Shown: positions 43,709 through 52,993, numbered from the stretch's first letter. The stretch is 64,000 nucleotides of DNA from Spirochaetota bacterium (GCA_038043445.1 JBBTBY010000072.1:29887-93886), one strand, 5' to 3'. The notes: a model not told the origin generated them from the sequence alone. Numbers and translations are program-made.

Positions 43709-45238
43709 CTATTCCCACTCTATCGTCGACGGCGGCTTCGATGATATATCATACACGACGCGATTGATGCCTTTCACTTCATTGACGATACGGTTCGATA
43801 TGCGCGCAAGCACATCATGATCGATCTTCACCCAGTCGGCCGTCATCGCATCGAGGCTTTCGACGATGCGAAGGGCCGCCACCTGCGAGTAGGTACGCTC
43901 ATCGCCCATGACTCCGACCGTGCGTATCGGGAGCAGCACGGCGAACGCCTGCCACACTTTGCCGTACCATCCGCTCTTCTTTATCTCTTCGACGACGATG
44001 GCGTCCGCATCGCGAAGAAGCGCCAGGCGTTCCTTCGTCACCTCGCCAATGATGCGCACCGCAAGCCCCGGACCGGGGAACGGATGACGGTTGACTATCT
44101 CATCGGGAACGGAAAGCTGACGGCCGATCTCACGGACCTCGTCCTTGAAGAGCTCGGCGAACGGCTCAACGATCTTTCCTTCCTTCTGGAGCTTCAGTAT
44201 CTCATCGACGCGATTGTGATGCGTCTTTATCTTATCGGAGGGGCCCTTCGTCGAAACGCTTTCGATAACGTCGGGGTAGAGCGTTCCCTGCGCGAGAAAA
44301 TCTATCTTCCCCGCCTTCTTGAAGAATTCCTCGACGAAAAGCCTCCCTATGATCTTGCGCTTCTTCTCGGGATTCGTGACGCCTTTGAGCGATGCGAGGA
44401 ATCGCTTCCCCGCATCGACGAAAATGAGATCGATATCGAAGCTTTTCTTGAAACGCGCACGCACCTGATCCGCCTCATCCCTGCGCAAAAGTCCATTGTC
44501 GATGAATATCGGTTTCAGCCTGTCGCCGACCGCCTTATGGAGCAGCACCGCAAGCACCGACGAATCGACGCCGCCGGAAAGGCCGAGTATGATCTTCTTG
44601 TCGCCGCACAATTCGCGGACCTCGCGCACCTTGTTCTCGATGAACGACGCCATGGTCCAGTTCTCGCGGCAGCCGCACATGGTCACGAAATTACGCAGCA
44701 TCGCAGTCCCATGCACGGTATGGACCACTTCCGGATGGAACTGCACGCCGTAGATACGGCGCTTCTCGTCGGCCATAGCGGCTGTCGAATTCTCCGTTTT
44801 TGCCGTCACGGTAAAACCAGGCGCAAGGGAAACGACCTTGTCCGAATGGCTCATCCAGACCTTCTGCGAAGCATCAAGCCCGGCAAAGAAAGCCCCGGGT
44901 GATGACACCGTCATCACCGCATGACCATACTCGCGGCGCTCGCCGCGCTCGACCTTGCCGCCGAACAGGTTCGTGATCAGCTGCATGCCGTAGCAGATGC
45001 CGAGCACCGGGATGTCAAGATCGAAAATATCCCTCGAGATGCGCGGGGCGCTCTTATCGTACACGCTCGATGGTCCGCCGGAAAGTATGATGCCCTTGGG
45101 AGCGAACGCGCGTATCTTCTCAATGGGATATGAGAACGGCACGATCTCGGAATACACCGAAAGCGAACGGATGCGCCGGGCGATAAGCTGCGTCACCTGC
45201 GATCCGAAATCGAGCACTAATATCCTGTCGAATTCCAT
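43709..45238 (-). CDS. guaA: GMP synthase (glutamine-hydrolysing)
   Basis: 509 aa. GATase block [11 protein letters not shown]-PPase P-loop [11 protein letters not shown]-terminal PPSTIEWE. Confidence 0.95.
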   Translation of the reverse strand: MEFDRILVLDFGSQVTQLIARRIRSLSVYSEIVPFSYPIEKIRAFAPKGIILSGGPSSVYDKSAPRISRDIFDLDIPVLGICYGMQLITNLFGGKVERGERREYGHAVMTVSSPGAFFAGLDASQKVWMSHSDKVVSLAPGFTVTAKTENSTAAMADEKRRIYGVQFHPEVVHTVHGTAMLRNFVTMCGCRENWTMASFIENKVREVRELCGDKKIILGLSGGVDSSVLAVLLHKAVGDRLKPIFIDNGLLRRDEADQVRARFKKSFDIDLIFVDAGKRFLASLKGVTNPEKKRKIIGRLFVEEFFKKAGKIDFLAQGTLYPDVIESVSTKGPSDKIKTHHNRVDEILKLQKEGKIVEPFAELFKDEVREIGRQLSVPDEIVNRHPFPGPGLAVRIIGEVTKERLALLRDADAIVVEEIKKSGWYGKVWQAFAVLLPIRTVGVMGDERTYSQVAALRIVESLDAMTADWVKIDHDVLARISNRIVNEVKGINRVVYDISSKPPSTIEWE

Positions 45239-45270
45239 CGGCCCACCCTCACTTCATACCGTCGTAAAAC

Positions 45271-45303
45271 AAAAACGCCCCCGTTTGAACGGGGGGCGTT
45301 TTT
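45271..45303 (-). terminator. Rho-independent (bidirectional-looking) terminator after the cyclophilin gene
   Basis: AAAAACGCCCCCgtttgaacGGGGGGCGTTTTT: a 7-bp G/C stem flanked by an A-run and a T-run. Lies 13 nt downstream of the stop at 45316. Confidence 0.7.
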
Positions 45304-45315
45304 GTGTAAGCATCG

Positions 45316-45912
45316 TTACTTCACGTCTTTCAGGGACACCTTCATTTCAATACGCTGCAGCGGATTATCGTTCTGGTCTCGCTTGACGGCAACGATTGCA
45401 TCAGCTACTTCCATGCCCTTGATGACCTCACCCCATACCGTGTACTGGCGGTCGAGGCCGCTGACCGATGGATTACTCGCTACACAGATGAAGAACTGTG
45501 AGCCCGCAGAGTTCGGGTTCTGCGAACGCGCCATACTGCAGACGCCGCGTTTATGAGGCACATCGTTGAATTCGGCGGGGATAGTGAATCCCGGGCCGCC
45601 CATGCCGTGCATTGCGCGATTTTGGCTCTTGGAATTCGGATCGCCGCCCTGTATCATGAAACCGGGAATGACGCGATGGAATGTCGTCCCATTATAAAAG
45701 CCCTCGCCCGTGAGCTTTTGTATCGCCTCAACATGCTTCGGCGCTTTGTTCGGATAGAATTTTATCTCTATACTCCCGAACGATGTTTCGATCACCATGA
45801 TCTTCTCTGTTGTCACGTTCTTTCCTTTGTTATTATTTTTCGCCGCATCCGCGCATGTCGAAACAGCGGCGAATGCGAAGCACACGACCAGGAACAATGA
45901 TGCTCGTTTCAC
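45316..45912 (-). CDS. exported cyclophilin-type peptidyl-prolyl cis-trans isomerase
   Basis: GTG 45912 preceded by GGAAGGAG; the tool's longer ORF to 46029 would overlap the LysM gene. Signal peptide KRASLFLVVCFAFAAVSTCADA. FHRVIPGFMIQGGDP and SAGSQFFI blocks. Confidence 0.85.
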   Translation of the reverse strand: MKRASLFLVVCFAFAAVSTCADAAKNNNKGKNVTTEKIMVIETSFGSIEIKFYPNKAPKHVEAIQKLTGEGFYNGTTFHRVIPGFMIQGGDPNSKSQNRAMHGMGGPGFTIPAEFNDVPHKRGVCSMARSQNPNSAGSQFFICVASNPSVSGLDRQYTVWGEVIKGMEVADAIVAVKRDQNDNPLQRIEMKVSLKDVK

Positions 45913-45964
45913 GGTACAACTCCTTCCAGCTAATGTCCCCGGGGCAGCGCCTCGGGGCACGTCA

Positions 45965-47365
45965 TCAATATCTCGCCCCCGGCATGCGCGTCGGTTCCTT
46001 AGGCTTCGTTTCCTTCGCCGGGAGAGCATCCCCCGCCTTCGGGTCCGCCGCCTTCGTTTCCGGCTTCTTCTCCACCTTCGGTACTTTCACTTCCGGTTTC
46101 TTTTCCGTCTTCTTTTCGACATGCGGAGGTACCGGCGTTACATTCGCACGTACCGGGCCCGGGTAAAGGGATTGATTATACGGCGCATAGCGCTTGTTCG
46201 GATCGTACGTCCCCTCTCGCTTCTCACCTTTCAAACTGGGGAGCATGAACACCTGTCCGGGGAATATGAGGTCCGGGTTGTCCGGGTACTTGAGCGAATC
46301 GCGGTTCGCATTGTAGAGCACATGCCAGTACGCGCCGTTCTTGTACACGAAATCGTATTCGGCGATGCGCCACAGGCAGTCGCGGCGCTTCGGTATGAGC
46401 CGCACCTTGTAATACTTCGGGAGTATAGCCCCGCCGCCGATACGGTCGAGAACGGCGAGCGCATCCTTCGAGAACTTGATGCAATCGTCGTAATTCTCCT
46501 TATCGAGGGCCGTCTTCGCATTATCGATATGTCCCGAAGCCTCCTGTATCTCCTGAGGCTTTTCGGTACCAAGCTTGCTCTGTTTCGCCCCGTCAAGTGC
46601 AGCGGACGCGAGCGAGAATATCTTTTCCGCTTCGTCGCGCTTTCGTATCGTATCGGTAAGGTCGACCGCGGCACGGGCCTTGCTGTCGGCGGTCTCATAG
46701 TCCTTCGCCTTGAACGCCGCCTCGGCATCGGTGATGAACGCAAGTATCGACTTGTCATCCTCGTCGCCGGTCTTGATGAGCCTGTCGCGTATCAAAGCGG
46801 CACGATTCGCCTTCGCTTTCATTATGAGCCCGGGGAATGCGGCCTTCAATGCCATCTGCCGCTCCCATGCGCGTATCGCATCATTCGCTTCTATGGCCTT
46901 GCCGGCGGCATTGCTGTACTGGCCGATAGCCTGCTCGTAGGTGTTCGATATGGAAGGCCAGCCGGCAAGCGATTCTCCTGAGGCCGACATATCATTCCCC
47001 TCGCGGTAATAATTCGTGGCCATGGTGAACTGCGTCTTGCCGATACTGTTCGTCGCGGCGCCCTTCTGCGTCGCATAGCGGATCTGTTCTTCCGCACGGT
47101 TCTTCCAGGAATTGGCGCGGTATTTCACGAACATGATAAGCGTACTTTCCTGCGCCTTCTTCGCGAACTCCTTCGCTTTCTGCGAATTCGCATAGCCCGA
47201 GTCATAATCACCGCGGTCGAAATCCGCCTTCGCCTTGTTCTGATGATCCTGCGCCTGCCGGTAATCCTCGTTCTTCTGGAGGAATTCCTGCATCGACTGG
47301 GCGGCGAGATACGTGGCCGACGCCGCACAGATGAGAGAAACGATAACGGTTAGTGTGCGTTTCAT
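45965..47365 (-). CDS. LysM-domain envelope protein with helical N-terminal region and Lys/Pro/Glu-rich tail
   Basis: Signal peptide. LysM-like block CLWRIAEYDFVYKNGAYWHVLYNANRDSLKYPDNPDLIFPGQVFMLP. Tail VEKKTEKKPEVKVPKVEKKPETKAADPK. Confidence 0.7.
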   Translation of the reverse strand: MKRTLTVIVSLICAASATYLAAQSMQEFLQKNEDYRQAQDHQNKAKADFDRGDYDSGYANSQKAKEFAKKAQESTLIMFVKYRANSWKNRAEEQIRYATQKGAATNSIGKTQFTMATNYYREGNDMSASGESLAGWPSISNTYEQAIGQYSNAAGKAIEANDAIRAWERQMALKAAFPGLIMKAKANRAALIRDRLIKTGDEDDKSILAFITDAEAAFKAKDYETADSKARAAVDLTDTIRKRDEAEKIFSLASAALDGAKQSKLGTEKPQEIQEASGHIDNAKTALDKENYDDCIKFSKDALAVLDRIGGGAILPKYYKVRLIPKRRDCLWRIAEYDFVYKNGAYWHVLYNANRDSLKYPDNPDLIFPGQVFMLPSLKGEKREGTYDPNKRYAPYNQSLYPGPVRANVTPVPPHVEKKTEKKPEVKVPKVEKKPETKAADPKAGDALPAKETKPKEPTRMPGARY

Positions 47366-47368
47366 CGG

Positions 47369-47983
47369 TTACTCCGTTTTTGCTGAATTCTTTTCTTCGG
47401 CCTGTAATCGCTCTATTTCTTTGGCCGTCGCCTCGATGCCCGCGAGGTCCTTGTCCGTCGATCGTATGGCTGTATCGGCCTTGGTCCTTTTTTCCTTCGC
47501 TTTTTTAGCGACCACTTGGAATTTCTTCTTTGATTCCTGAAGGAGATCGATGGCCTTGGCATAATTCGTCTCGGATTTGGCTTTGAGCGCCGCATCGTAC
47601 AGCGCCTGCGCCTCGTCGTATTCGGTCTTTACCGCAACGCTCGCCTTGATATCATCGGCCTGTTTCTTCGGCTGATCCGCCTCTTTCTTGGAGTCGGCCG
47701 TAGCAGCCGGAAAACCCTTATCCATGACCAATTGATAGTTCGATAATGCCTTATCGAGCGATTCCTTCGATTTGCCGTTGTCGTTGCTGTAGTATCCCTT
47801 GCCGGCAGTATAATTCGTCTCGGCGGCGATGAATTCGTTCGATGCGTACTTGTCAAGCTTGTACTTCTTAAGCGTATTTCGCCGCTCATTCGCGAGCGAA
47901 AATTCCTTTTCCGGGAGCGCCGCACAGGCGATCATAAGCCCGATAAGGGCAAGCCCGGATAGCATTGCGAGAGTGTATTTCAT
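47369..47983 (-). CDS. helical lipoprotein (DUF4398-like)
   Basis: ATG 47983 preceded by GGAGGAGAG. Lipobox LIGLMIAC. Repeated 'A..Y..A...Y' helical segments resemble the N-terminal region of the downstream LysM protein. Confidence 0.6.
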   Translation of the reverse strand: MKYTLAMLSGLALIGLMIACAALPEKEFSLANERRNTLKKYKLDKYASNEFIAAETNYTAGKGYYSNDNGKSKESLDKALSNYQLVMDKGFPAATADSKKEADQPKKQADDIKASVAVKTEYDEAQALYDAALKAKSETNYAKAIDLLQESKKKFQVVAKKAKEKRTKADTAIRSTDKDLAGIEATAKEIERLQAEEKNSAKTE

Positions 47984-48015
47984 TCTCTCCTCCTCACGCC
48001 TATGACGTAAACATA

Positions 48016-48044
48016 ATCCTATCACTCGCGCGCTGAAATGTCAA
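48016..48044 (-). promoter_or_regulatory. putative sigma70-type promoter of the lipoprotein/LysM/cyclophilin operon
   Basis: On the minus strand: TTGACA (48044-48039), 17-nt spacer, TAGGAT (48021-48016). Confidence 0.4.
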
Positions 48045-48170
48045 GAGAAAGACACACTTCCCGCAGGTGAGCTGGCTCCAAACCAGCCGAACCATCGTAC
48101 ACGCAACGCTTAATGAACCGGCGTATGGGTGTCACCCTTCAGGGCTGCGCTTAGGTTGTTGGAATGAAAC

Positions 48171-48210
48171 GAAGATATATCTCGCAGAGGCGCGGAGGGC
48201 GCAGAGAAGA
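48171..48210. repeat. left inverted-repeat arm flanking the GxxExxY gene
   Basis: GAAGATATATCTCGCAGAGGCGCGGAGGGCGCAGAGAAGA. Pairs with the reverse complement of 48849-48882. Contains the core CGGAGGGCGCAGAGAA shared with 34402-34417. Confidence 0.65.
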
Positions 48211-48431
48211 AACTCCTTTTTCTTAAATGTACGCACTCACTCGTCCGATCGGCGCAAGTCGGCATCCATGCCTCGCACCGACTGACACGTCCATGTGTCA
48301 CGGTCAAGTGTAAAAACCACACGCGCCCTTGACCGTAGCGCAGGATGCGCGAGTGATCACGATCCATGGATGGCGATTTGTGCGACGCAAACTCGTTCGT
48401 GAGTATGGGAAAAAGAAAAAGGAGTTTCCCC

Positions 48432-48809
48432 ATGAATCACAACGAAATATCAGGAATAATCATTCAGAAGGCTACCACAATCCATCAATCGCTTGGCCCC
48501 GGGCTGCTAGAATCCGTTTATAAAAACATTCTCATCCATGAGTTGCTTGCCTGCGGCTTACACGCCGAGCCGGAAGTCATGATTCCCGTAAACTACGGCG
48601 GCAAAGTGTTCGAGTTCGGCTTCCGCGCAGACATTATCGTAGAAAATAAAATCATCATAGAAGTTAAGTCTGTAGAGAACGTACAGGCAATGCATATGAA
48701 ACAGCTGCTCACATATCTCAAGCTGACCAAACTTAGACTCGGCCTGCTCCTTAACTTCAACACCGTTCTTCTCAAAGACGGCATAATCCGCATTGTAAAC
48801 GGTCTGTAA
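48432..48809 (+). CDS. GxxExxY protein (PD-(D/E)XK nuclease superfamily, PDDEXK_3-like)
   Basis: ATG 48432 preceded by AAAAAGGAG. LGPGLLESVYKNILIHEL carries the G-x-x-E-x-x-Y signature. FRADIIVENKIIIEVK carries the D...ExK nuclease core. 125 aa. Confidence 0.8.
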   Translation: MNHNEISGIIIQKATTIHQSLGPGLLESVYKNILIHELLACGLHAEPEVMIPVNYGGKVFEFGFRADIIVENKIIIEVKSVENVQAMHMKQLLTYLKLTKLRLGLLLNFNTVLLKDGIIRIVNGL

Positions 48810-48848
48810 AACAGCTATCACGTCGTCACGTAACATTCTTCTTCCTAA

Positions 48849-48882
48849 TTCTCTGCGTCTCTGCGTGATATCTCTTCTCTTC
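48849..48882. repeat. right inverted-repeat arm flanking the GxxExxY gene
   Basis: TTCTCTGCGTCTCTGCGTGATATCTCTTCTCTTC. Its reverse complement GAAGAGAAGAGATATCACGCAGAGACGCAGAGAA aligns with the left arm (GAAGA...ATATC.CGCAGAG...CGCAGAGAA). Confidence 0.65.
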
Positions 48883-49379
48883 GTCTTGCTTCCCGTCGCG
48901 GCTTCCTAGCGGCTATGCCGCCAGCTGCGCCCATGGCCGCACGGCAGTCGTCGCGAGATGCCTCTTCCCAACATCTTTTCTCCTAAATCTTTCCGGCTCC
49001 AAGATCAAATTCGAAAAAACAGTAGGTTCCTACTCTATACGATTTCGCCCTTCCTTCGTATATTCCCACGCATGACCCGCGGAACAGTACGCACAGCGGG
49101 TGTTGAAAACGGAAAACGACAGGAGGACGCCATGAGTTCAACAATACGCGCCCACCCGTAGCGGCGACGAGGCGGTCCAAAGCGGCTTCGGACCTTGTTC
49201 GCTTCAGGTTCGCTTCAGGTTCTATCTCGGTTCGAGGGCGGAAGACGCCTCCCGGCATTGATGATGTATAATATATACACACCTGATGCCGTCGAGTATC
49301 TTCCGCGGCTTTTGAGTGAATACAAGGAGTTTTCAAATGGCCGCACACTCGGCAGAGGTATAAAAAACGCGGAATTGCG

Positions 49380-49407
49380 TTGACATAATCATCGTATTTG
49401 CTATAAT
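49380..49407 (+). promoter_or_regulatory. near-consensus sigma70 promoter of tRNA-Ser
   Basis: TTGACA (49380-49385), 16-nt spacer, TATAAT (49402-49407). The tRNA starts 12 nt downstream. Confidence 0.6.
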
Positions 49408-49418
49408 CCCTGCGACCA

Positions 49419-49506
49419 GGAGAGGTAGCCTAGCTGGTTAAGGCGTCAGTTTGCTAAACTGAAGTGGATTTATTTCCACGCGCGGGTTCAAATCCCGCTC
49501 TCTCCG
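49419..49506 (+). tRNA. tRNA-Ser (anticodon GCT), class II with long variable arm; CCA not encoded
   Basis: Hand-folded. Acceptor stem GGAGAGG/TCTCTCC. D-arm GCCT-AGCTGGTTA-AGGC. Anticodon stem TCAGT/ACTGA with loop TTGCTAA. Variable stem GTGGA/TCCAC. T-arm GCGGG-TTCAAAT-CCCGC. Discriminator G. Confidence 0.9.
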
Positions 49507-49532
49507 TATTCTGCTCCATCAAAAAGGATCAC

Positions 49533-50144
49533 ATGCATAAAGCCGCACTGTTACTCCTCGCCGCCGTCATCGTCTGCTCCGTACCGGCACACGCTGCAAA
49601 AGCGTCTGTTGCGACGAACGTACAGGCGACGAACACCGCGGCGGACACCCCGCTCTTCCTTACCGATCTCGAACGTGAGCGCTCCCCCGGGGTTTCGGGT
49701 TATTTCTGGATGGTCGTGCGTGCGCTCGTTACGATAGCGATATTCATCGGCGTACTCTATTTCATTTTTCTGTATCTGAAACGCCGATCGAACCAGCTCG
49801 GTCATTTCAATACGCTCGTCAAGGTTCTCGGGCTTACCCTTGTTGCGCCCAACCGCTATGTCTGTGTCATCGAGGTGGCCGAGGAGATATTCCTGCTCGG
49901 TGTCAGCGAGCACAATGTCAGCATCATCAAGGAGATAACCGAAAAGCACGCGAAGGACGCAATACGCATGCAATCGTCGCTCAATCCGCTCCCCGGCGAG
50001 AGCGTTCCCGGCACGCCGTTCTCCGAGGTCATCGCCACGGTCATGGAAGCGTTCAAGGTAAAACGTGCCGATAAAAAACCCGTCGATTTCGTCAACAATA
50101 TACGCGACCGCATTCGCACCCTCGGCCCGAAAAAAGATGAGTGA
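49533..50144 (+). CDS. FliO/FliZ-like single-pass membrane protein
   Basis: The start must be ATG 49533 because the tool ORF from 49464 overlaps the tRNA. Signal peptide, then a TM segment (VVRALVTIAIFIGVLYFIFLYLKRR), then LVKVLGLTLVAPNRYVCVIEVAEEIFLLGVSEHNVSIIKEI. This parallels the B. subtilis FliZ(FliO) layout as I recall it. Confidence 0.45.
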   Translation: MHKAALLLLAAVIVCSVPAHAAKASVATNVQATNTAADTPLFLTDLERERSPGVSGYFWMVVRALVTIAIFIGVLYFIFLYLKRRSNQLGHFNTLVKVLGLTLVAPNRYVCVIEVAEEIFLLGVSEHNVSIIKEITEKHAKDAIRMQSSLNPLPGESVPGTPFSEVIATVMEAFKVKRADKKPVDFVNNIRDRIRTLGPKKDE

Positions 50145-50147
50145 TCT

Positions 50148-52304
50148 ATGATGGACCGCGGACGGTTCTTCAGCATCGTAAAGCGCGTACTCGTCCCTGT
50201 CATACTTGTCGCATTCGCCGCCGTCGTCATCTACGCGATCTATTTCACCTATCTGGTGCTCACCGTACGCGGGGAATGGGAATCCCGAAAGGATGAAGCG
50301 CTCTCGAGCATAGCAGAATATCATCGCCTTATCGTGCAGGCGGCCGCTGATAAGCGCTCGTTCAATCCCGACGACCCCTTCAGCGAAATACCGCCGACGC
50401 GCATCTATGACCGCAACAATATCGTTATCGGCGAATATCTCCCGCCCAATGCCGAGATAGTATACCTCGACGAGATAAATCCCCTCCTCATCCAGGCGCT
50501 CACCATCATGGAAGACCAGCGTTTCTATCAGCATAAAGGCATCAATGTCATGCGCGTCATTTACCTCGCCGTCAAGAACGCGCTCACGTTCAGGATATCC
50601 GGCGGCGGCAGCACGATAACCCAGCAGCTCGCGAAGAACCGGCTCACGCGCTCCGAGCGGACGTTCAAGCGCAAGGTGTATGAACTTTTCGCCACCATAG
50701 AGATAGAAAAGAACTATGCGAAAGAAGATATCCTTGCCATGTACGTGAACACCGTCTATCTCGGCGAGGGCAATTACGGGTTCGATGCTGCGAGCAGATA
50801 CTACTTCCAGAAGCCGCTCCGGCAATGCCGTCTCGTGGAATACGCCATTCTCGTCGGCATGCTCCCCAATCCGCGCGCGTTCTCGCCGGTGAACAACCCC
50901 CCGCGCGCGCGGAAAAAAGTGGCGCAGATACTCGCGCGTATGCGCTCGCACAAGCTCATCGACATGCAGGCGGCGGCGGGCGAGCTCACCTATTTCGACG
51001 AACACTACGGCGAAAAAATGGCCTCCTCGGTACGCGGCTCGCAGTGGAACATGAGCATCAATCTTGCGCCCTATGCAGCGGAGAAGGTCCGTCAGATCAT
51101 CGAGACGTATTTCCCGCGCGAGGAGATGATCTCCTCCGGCATGAAGATATACACCACCTTCGATTATCATGAAACGGCGGCGGCGGAGCGTGCGCTCAGG
51201 GCAACGCTCGCCGGGCTCACCTCCGGGACGAACCGCTACGAAGGCGCCGTGGTGAGCATGGTCCCGCATACGGGCGCGGTGCGTGTGCTCATCGGCGGGA
51301 GCGGCTATTTCATCGAGAACGAATTGAACCGCGCGACGTCCGCCCGACGGCAGATCGGTTCGCTCATAAAGCCGTTCATCTATGCAGCGGCATTCGACGC
51401 ATCGCTTCTCCCCTCGAGCACCATGGTCGACAAGGCGTACTCCTATCCCATCGACGGCGGCAGGAAGTGGACACCGAAGAATTACGACGGCACGCATGCC
51501 GGCGAGATAACGCTCGAGAAGGCGCTTACGCGTTCGGTCAACACCGTGGCAGTGCAGCTCACTAAGCAGCTCGGCATATCGTCGGTCATCGATCCGATAA
51601 AGCGCATCATCCCCGGTGTTGCCGTGCCCAACAATCTCTCGCTCGCGCTCGGCACATTGGAATTGACCCCCATGGAAGCGGCCGTCGCCTACAGCGTGTT
51701 CGCCACGTACGGCCGCTCGCCGACACCGTACTACATCGAAAAGATACTCGACCGGGGAAATGCTCCCATCGAGATCGATGCGCTTCGCCGTGCGGACGCC
51801 CGCGATACCGGCGCCTACGGTCAGGCGGCGTTCTATCTCGTCAATAGAACGCTCACCGGCGTCACGCGCGAAGGCGGCACCGGCTATTACGCGGCGAAAG
51901 CAGCAGGCTTCACCGCAACGGTCTCATCGAAAAGCGGCACGACATCGGACGCGAAGGACGCCTGGTTCGCTGTGTACACACCGGCGCTCGTATCGGTGGC
52001 ATGGATTGGCAATGACGGCGGGCAGCCGCTCCCCGCCGGCACTACCGGGGGCGGTGCGGCGGCACCGGTGCTGTTCAATTATCTCGGTCAATTCATACAG
52101 TCGACGAACGAGTGGCATCGCCCGATAAGTGTCGAAGAGGTATTCCTCTGCCGCGATTCCGGTCTCTTCACGAACGGCTTCTGCACGAACGTGAACGTCA
52201 TCGAAATGCTTCGCATAGAAAAGAAGTACTGCACGAACATGCATGGATACGATGCGCGGACGAATGCCGTTGGAACGGATACAAGTACGAATTCGAACCC
52301 TTAG
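50148..52304 (+). CDS. class A penicillin-binding protein (PBP1A-type transglycosylase/transpeptidase)
   Basis: GT51 motifs [12 protein letters not shown] and [12 protein letters not shown]. Transpeptidase motifs SLIKP (SxxK), SVN (SxN) and KSGTT (KTG-like). N-terminal TM anchor. Confidence 0.9.
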   Translation: MMDRGRFFSIVKRVLVPVILVAFAAVVIYAIYFTYLVLTVRGEWESRKDEALSSIAEYHRLIVQAAADKRSFNPDDPFSEIPPTRIYDRNNIVIGEYLPPNAEIVYLDEINPLLIQALTIMEDQRFYQHKGINVMRVIYLAVKNALTFRISGGGSTITQQLAKNRLTRSERTFKRKVYELFATIEIEKNYAKEDILAMYVNTVYLGEGNYGFDAASRYYFQKPLRQCRLVEYAILVGMLPNPRAFSPVNNPPRARKKVAQILARMRSHKLIDMQAAAGELTYFDEHYGEKMASSVRGSQWNMSINLAPYAAEKVRQIIETYFPREEMISSGMKIYTTFDYHETAAAERALRATLAGLTSGTNRYEGAVVSMVPHTGAVRVLIGGSGYFIENELNRATSARRQIGSLIKPFIYAAAFDASLLPSSTMVDKAYSYPIDGGRKWTPKNYDGTHAGEITLEKALTRSVNTVAVQLTKQLGISSVIDPIKRIIPGVAVPNNLSLALGTLELTPMEAAVAYSVFATYGRSPTPYYIEKILDRGNAPIEIDALRRADARDTGAYGQAAFYLVNRTLTGVTREGGTGYYAAKAAGFTATVSSKSGTTSDAKDAWFAVYTPALVSVAWIGNDGGQPLPAGTTGGGAAAPVLFNYLGQFIQSTNEWHRPISVEEVFLCRDSGLFTNGFCTNVNVIEMLRIEKKYCTNMHGYDARTNAVGTDTSTNSNP

Positions 52305-52993
52305 CCGAAGACGTTATACCGGATGATGCAGTACAGGGCCCTGAACGCATCCTTTAATCCGATCTTCTTCCCTTCTTCGTACGTCCTTCCGCTGTAGGAT
52401 ATCCCCACTTCATAGATGCGCGCATTGAGCTTCGCCACCTTCGCCGTTATCTCCGGCTCGAACCCGAACCGATTTTCCTGTATCGTAATGCGCTTGAGTA
52501 TATCGCGGCGGAACGCCTTGTAGCATGTCTCCATATCGGTAAGGTTCAGATTGGAGAACATATTCGAGGCCATGGTGAGCATCTTGTTCCCGACGGCGTG
52601 CCAGTAGTAGAGGACACGATGCGCTTCCGAGCCGATGAAACGGGAGCCGTACACGACATCCGCACGGCCGTCGACGATGGGGGCGAGCACTTTCGCTATT
52701 TCCCTGGGGTCATATTCAAGGTCGGCGTCCTGCACGATGACGATATCCCCTGTCGCCGCAGCGAACCCGCTCCGAAGCGCGGCGCCCTTGCCTTGATTCA
52801 CCTCATGGTACACTACTTTCTGCACTTTGCCTTTCAGCCGTTTCTCAATGACCTGCCGGGTATTATCGCGTGAACAGTCATCGACGAGGATTATCTCCTT
52901 TTTCGCCGGCATCTTCGCAGCGCGGACATGCGACACGAGCTCCTCAAGCGTTTTCTCTTCGTTGTAGACAGGGATCACGATAGTGACGGTCAT
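52301..52993 (-). CDS. family-2 glycosyltransferase, polyprenol-phosphate sugar transferase-like
   Basis: [16 protein letters not shown]...[10 protein letters not shown]...[10 protein letters not shown]. 230 aa. The stop overlaps the PBP1A stop (convergent, 4 nt). Confidence 0.75.
   Translation of the reverse strand: MTVTIVIPVYNEEKTLEELVSHVRAAKMPAKKEIILVDDCSRDNTRQVIEKRLKGKVQKVVYHEVNQGKGAALRSGFAAATGDIVIVQDADLEYDPREIAKVLAPIVDGRADVVYGSRFIGSEAHRVLYYWHAVGNKMLTMASNMFSNLNLTDMETCYKAFRRDILKRITIQENRFGFEPEITAKVAKLNARIYEVGISYSGRTYEEGKKIGLKDAFRALYCIIRYNVFG

Noticed and set aside
43817-44902. 361-aa plus-strand ORF
   Set aside because: It is antisense to guaA, one of the most confidently identified genes in the window.
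45797-46981. 394-aa plus-strand ORF
   Set aside because: It is antisense to the cyclophilin and LysM genes. The translation is low-complexity and Arg/Leu-rich, with no start context. Shadow ORF.
49197-49222. Tandem GTTCGCTTCAG repeats as a possible CRISPR or minisatellite
   Set aside because: There are only about 2.4 copies of an 11-mer, with no spacers, so this is far too short for a CRISPR array. I kept it only as part of the description of the non-coding region.
49337-49363. 8-codon mini-ORF (MAAHSAEV) with a strong SD, as a real micropeptide or leader peptide
   Set aside because: It is too short to evaluate from sequence. No downstream gene would be attenuated, because the next element is a tRNA with its own promoter. 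It is more likely a truncated gene start.
48040-49418. Integrated prophage or genomic island at tRNA-Ser
   Set aside because: There is no integrase, excisionase or phage gene. The odd region lies on the 5' (promoter) side of the tRNA rather than at its 3' end, and I found no direct repeat of the tRNA 3' segment.
49464-49532. N-terminal extension of the FliO-like ORF as given in the ORF track
   Set aside because: The extension overlaps the tRNA-Ser gene (49419-49506) on the same strand. ATG 49533 gives a normal signal peptide.
49551-51497. 648-aa ORF on the minus strand, the longest unexplained ORF in the track
   Set aside because: It lies entirely antisense to the FliO-like and PBP1A genes, whose products carry unmistakable family motifs. 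Its translation is Arg/Gly/Ala/His-rich with no motifs, which is typical of a shadow ORF in GC-rich coding sequence.
52301-52304. 4-nt overlap of the convergent PBP1A and GT2 stop codons as a regulatory feature
   Set aside because: This is a trivial consequence of tight packing (TTAG read on both strands). No hairpin or other signal is associated with it.
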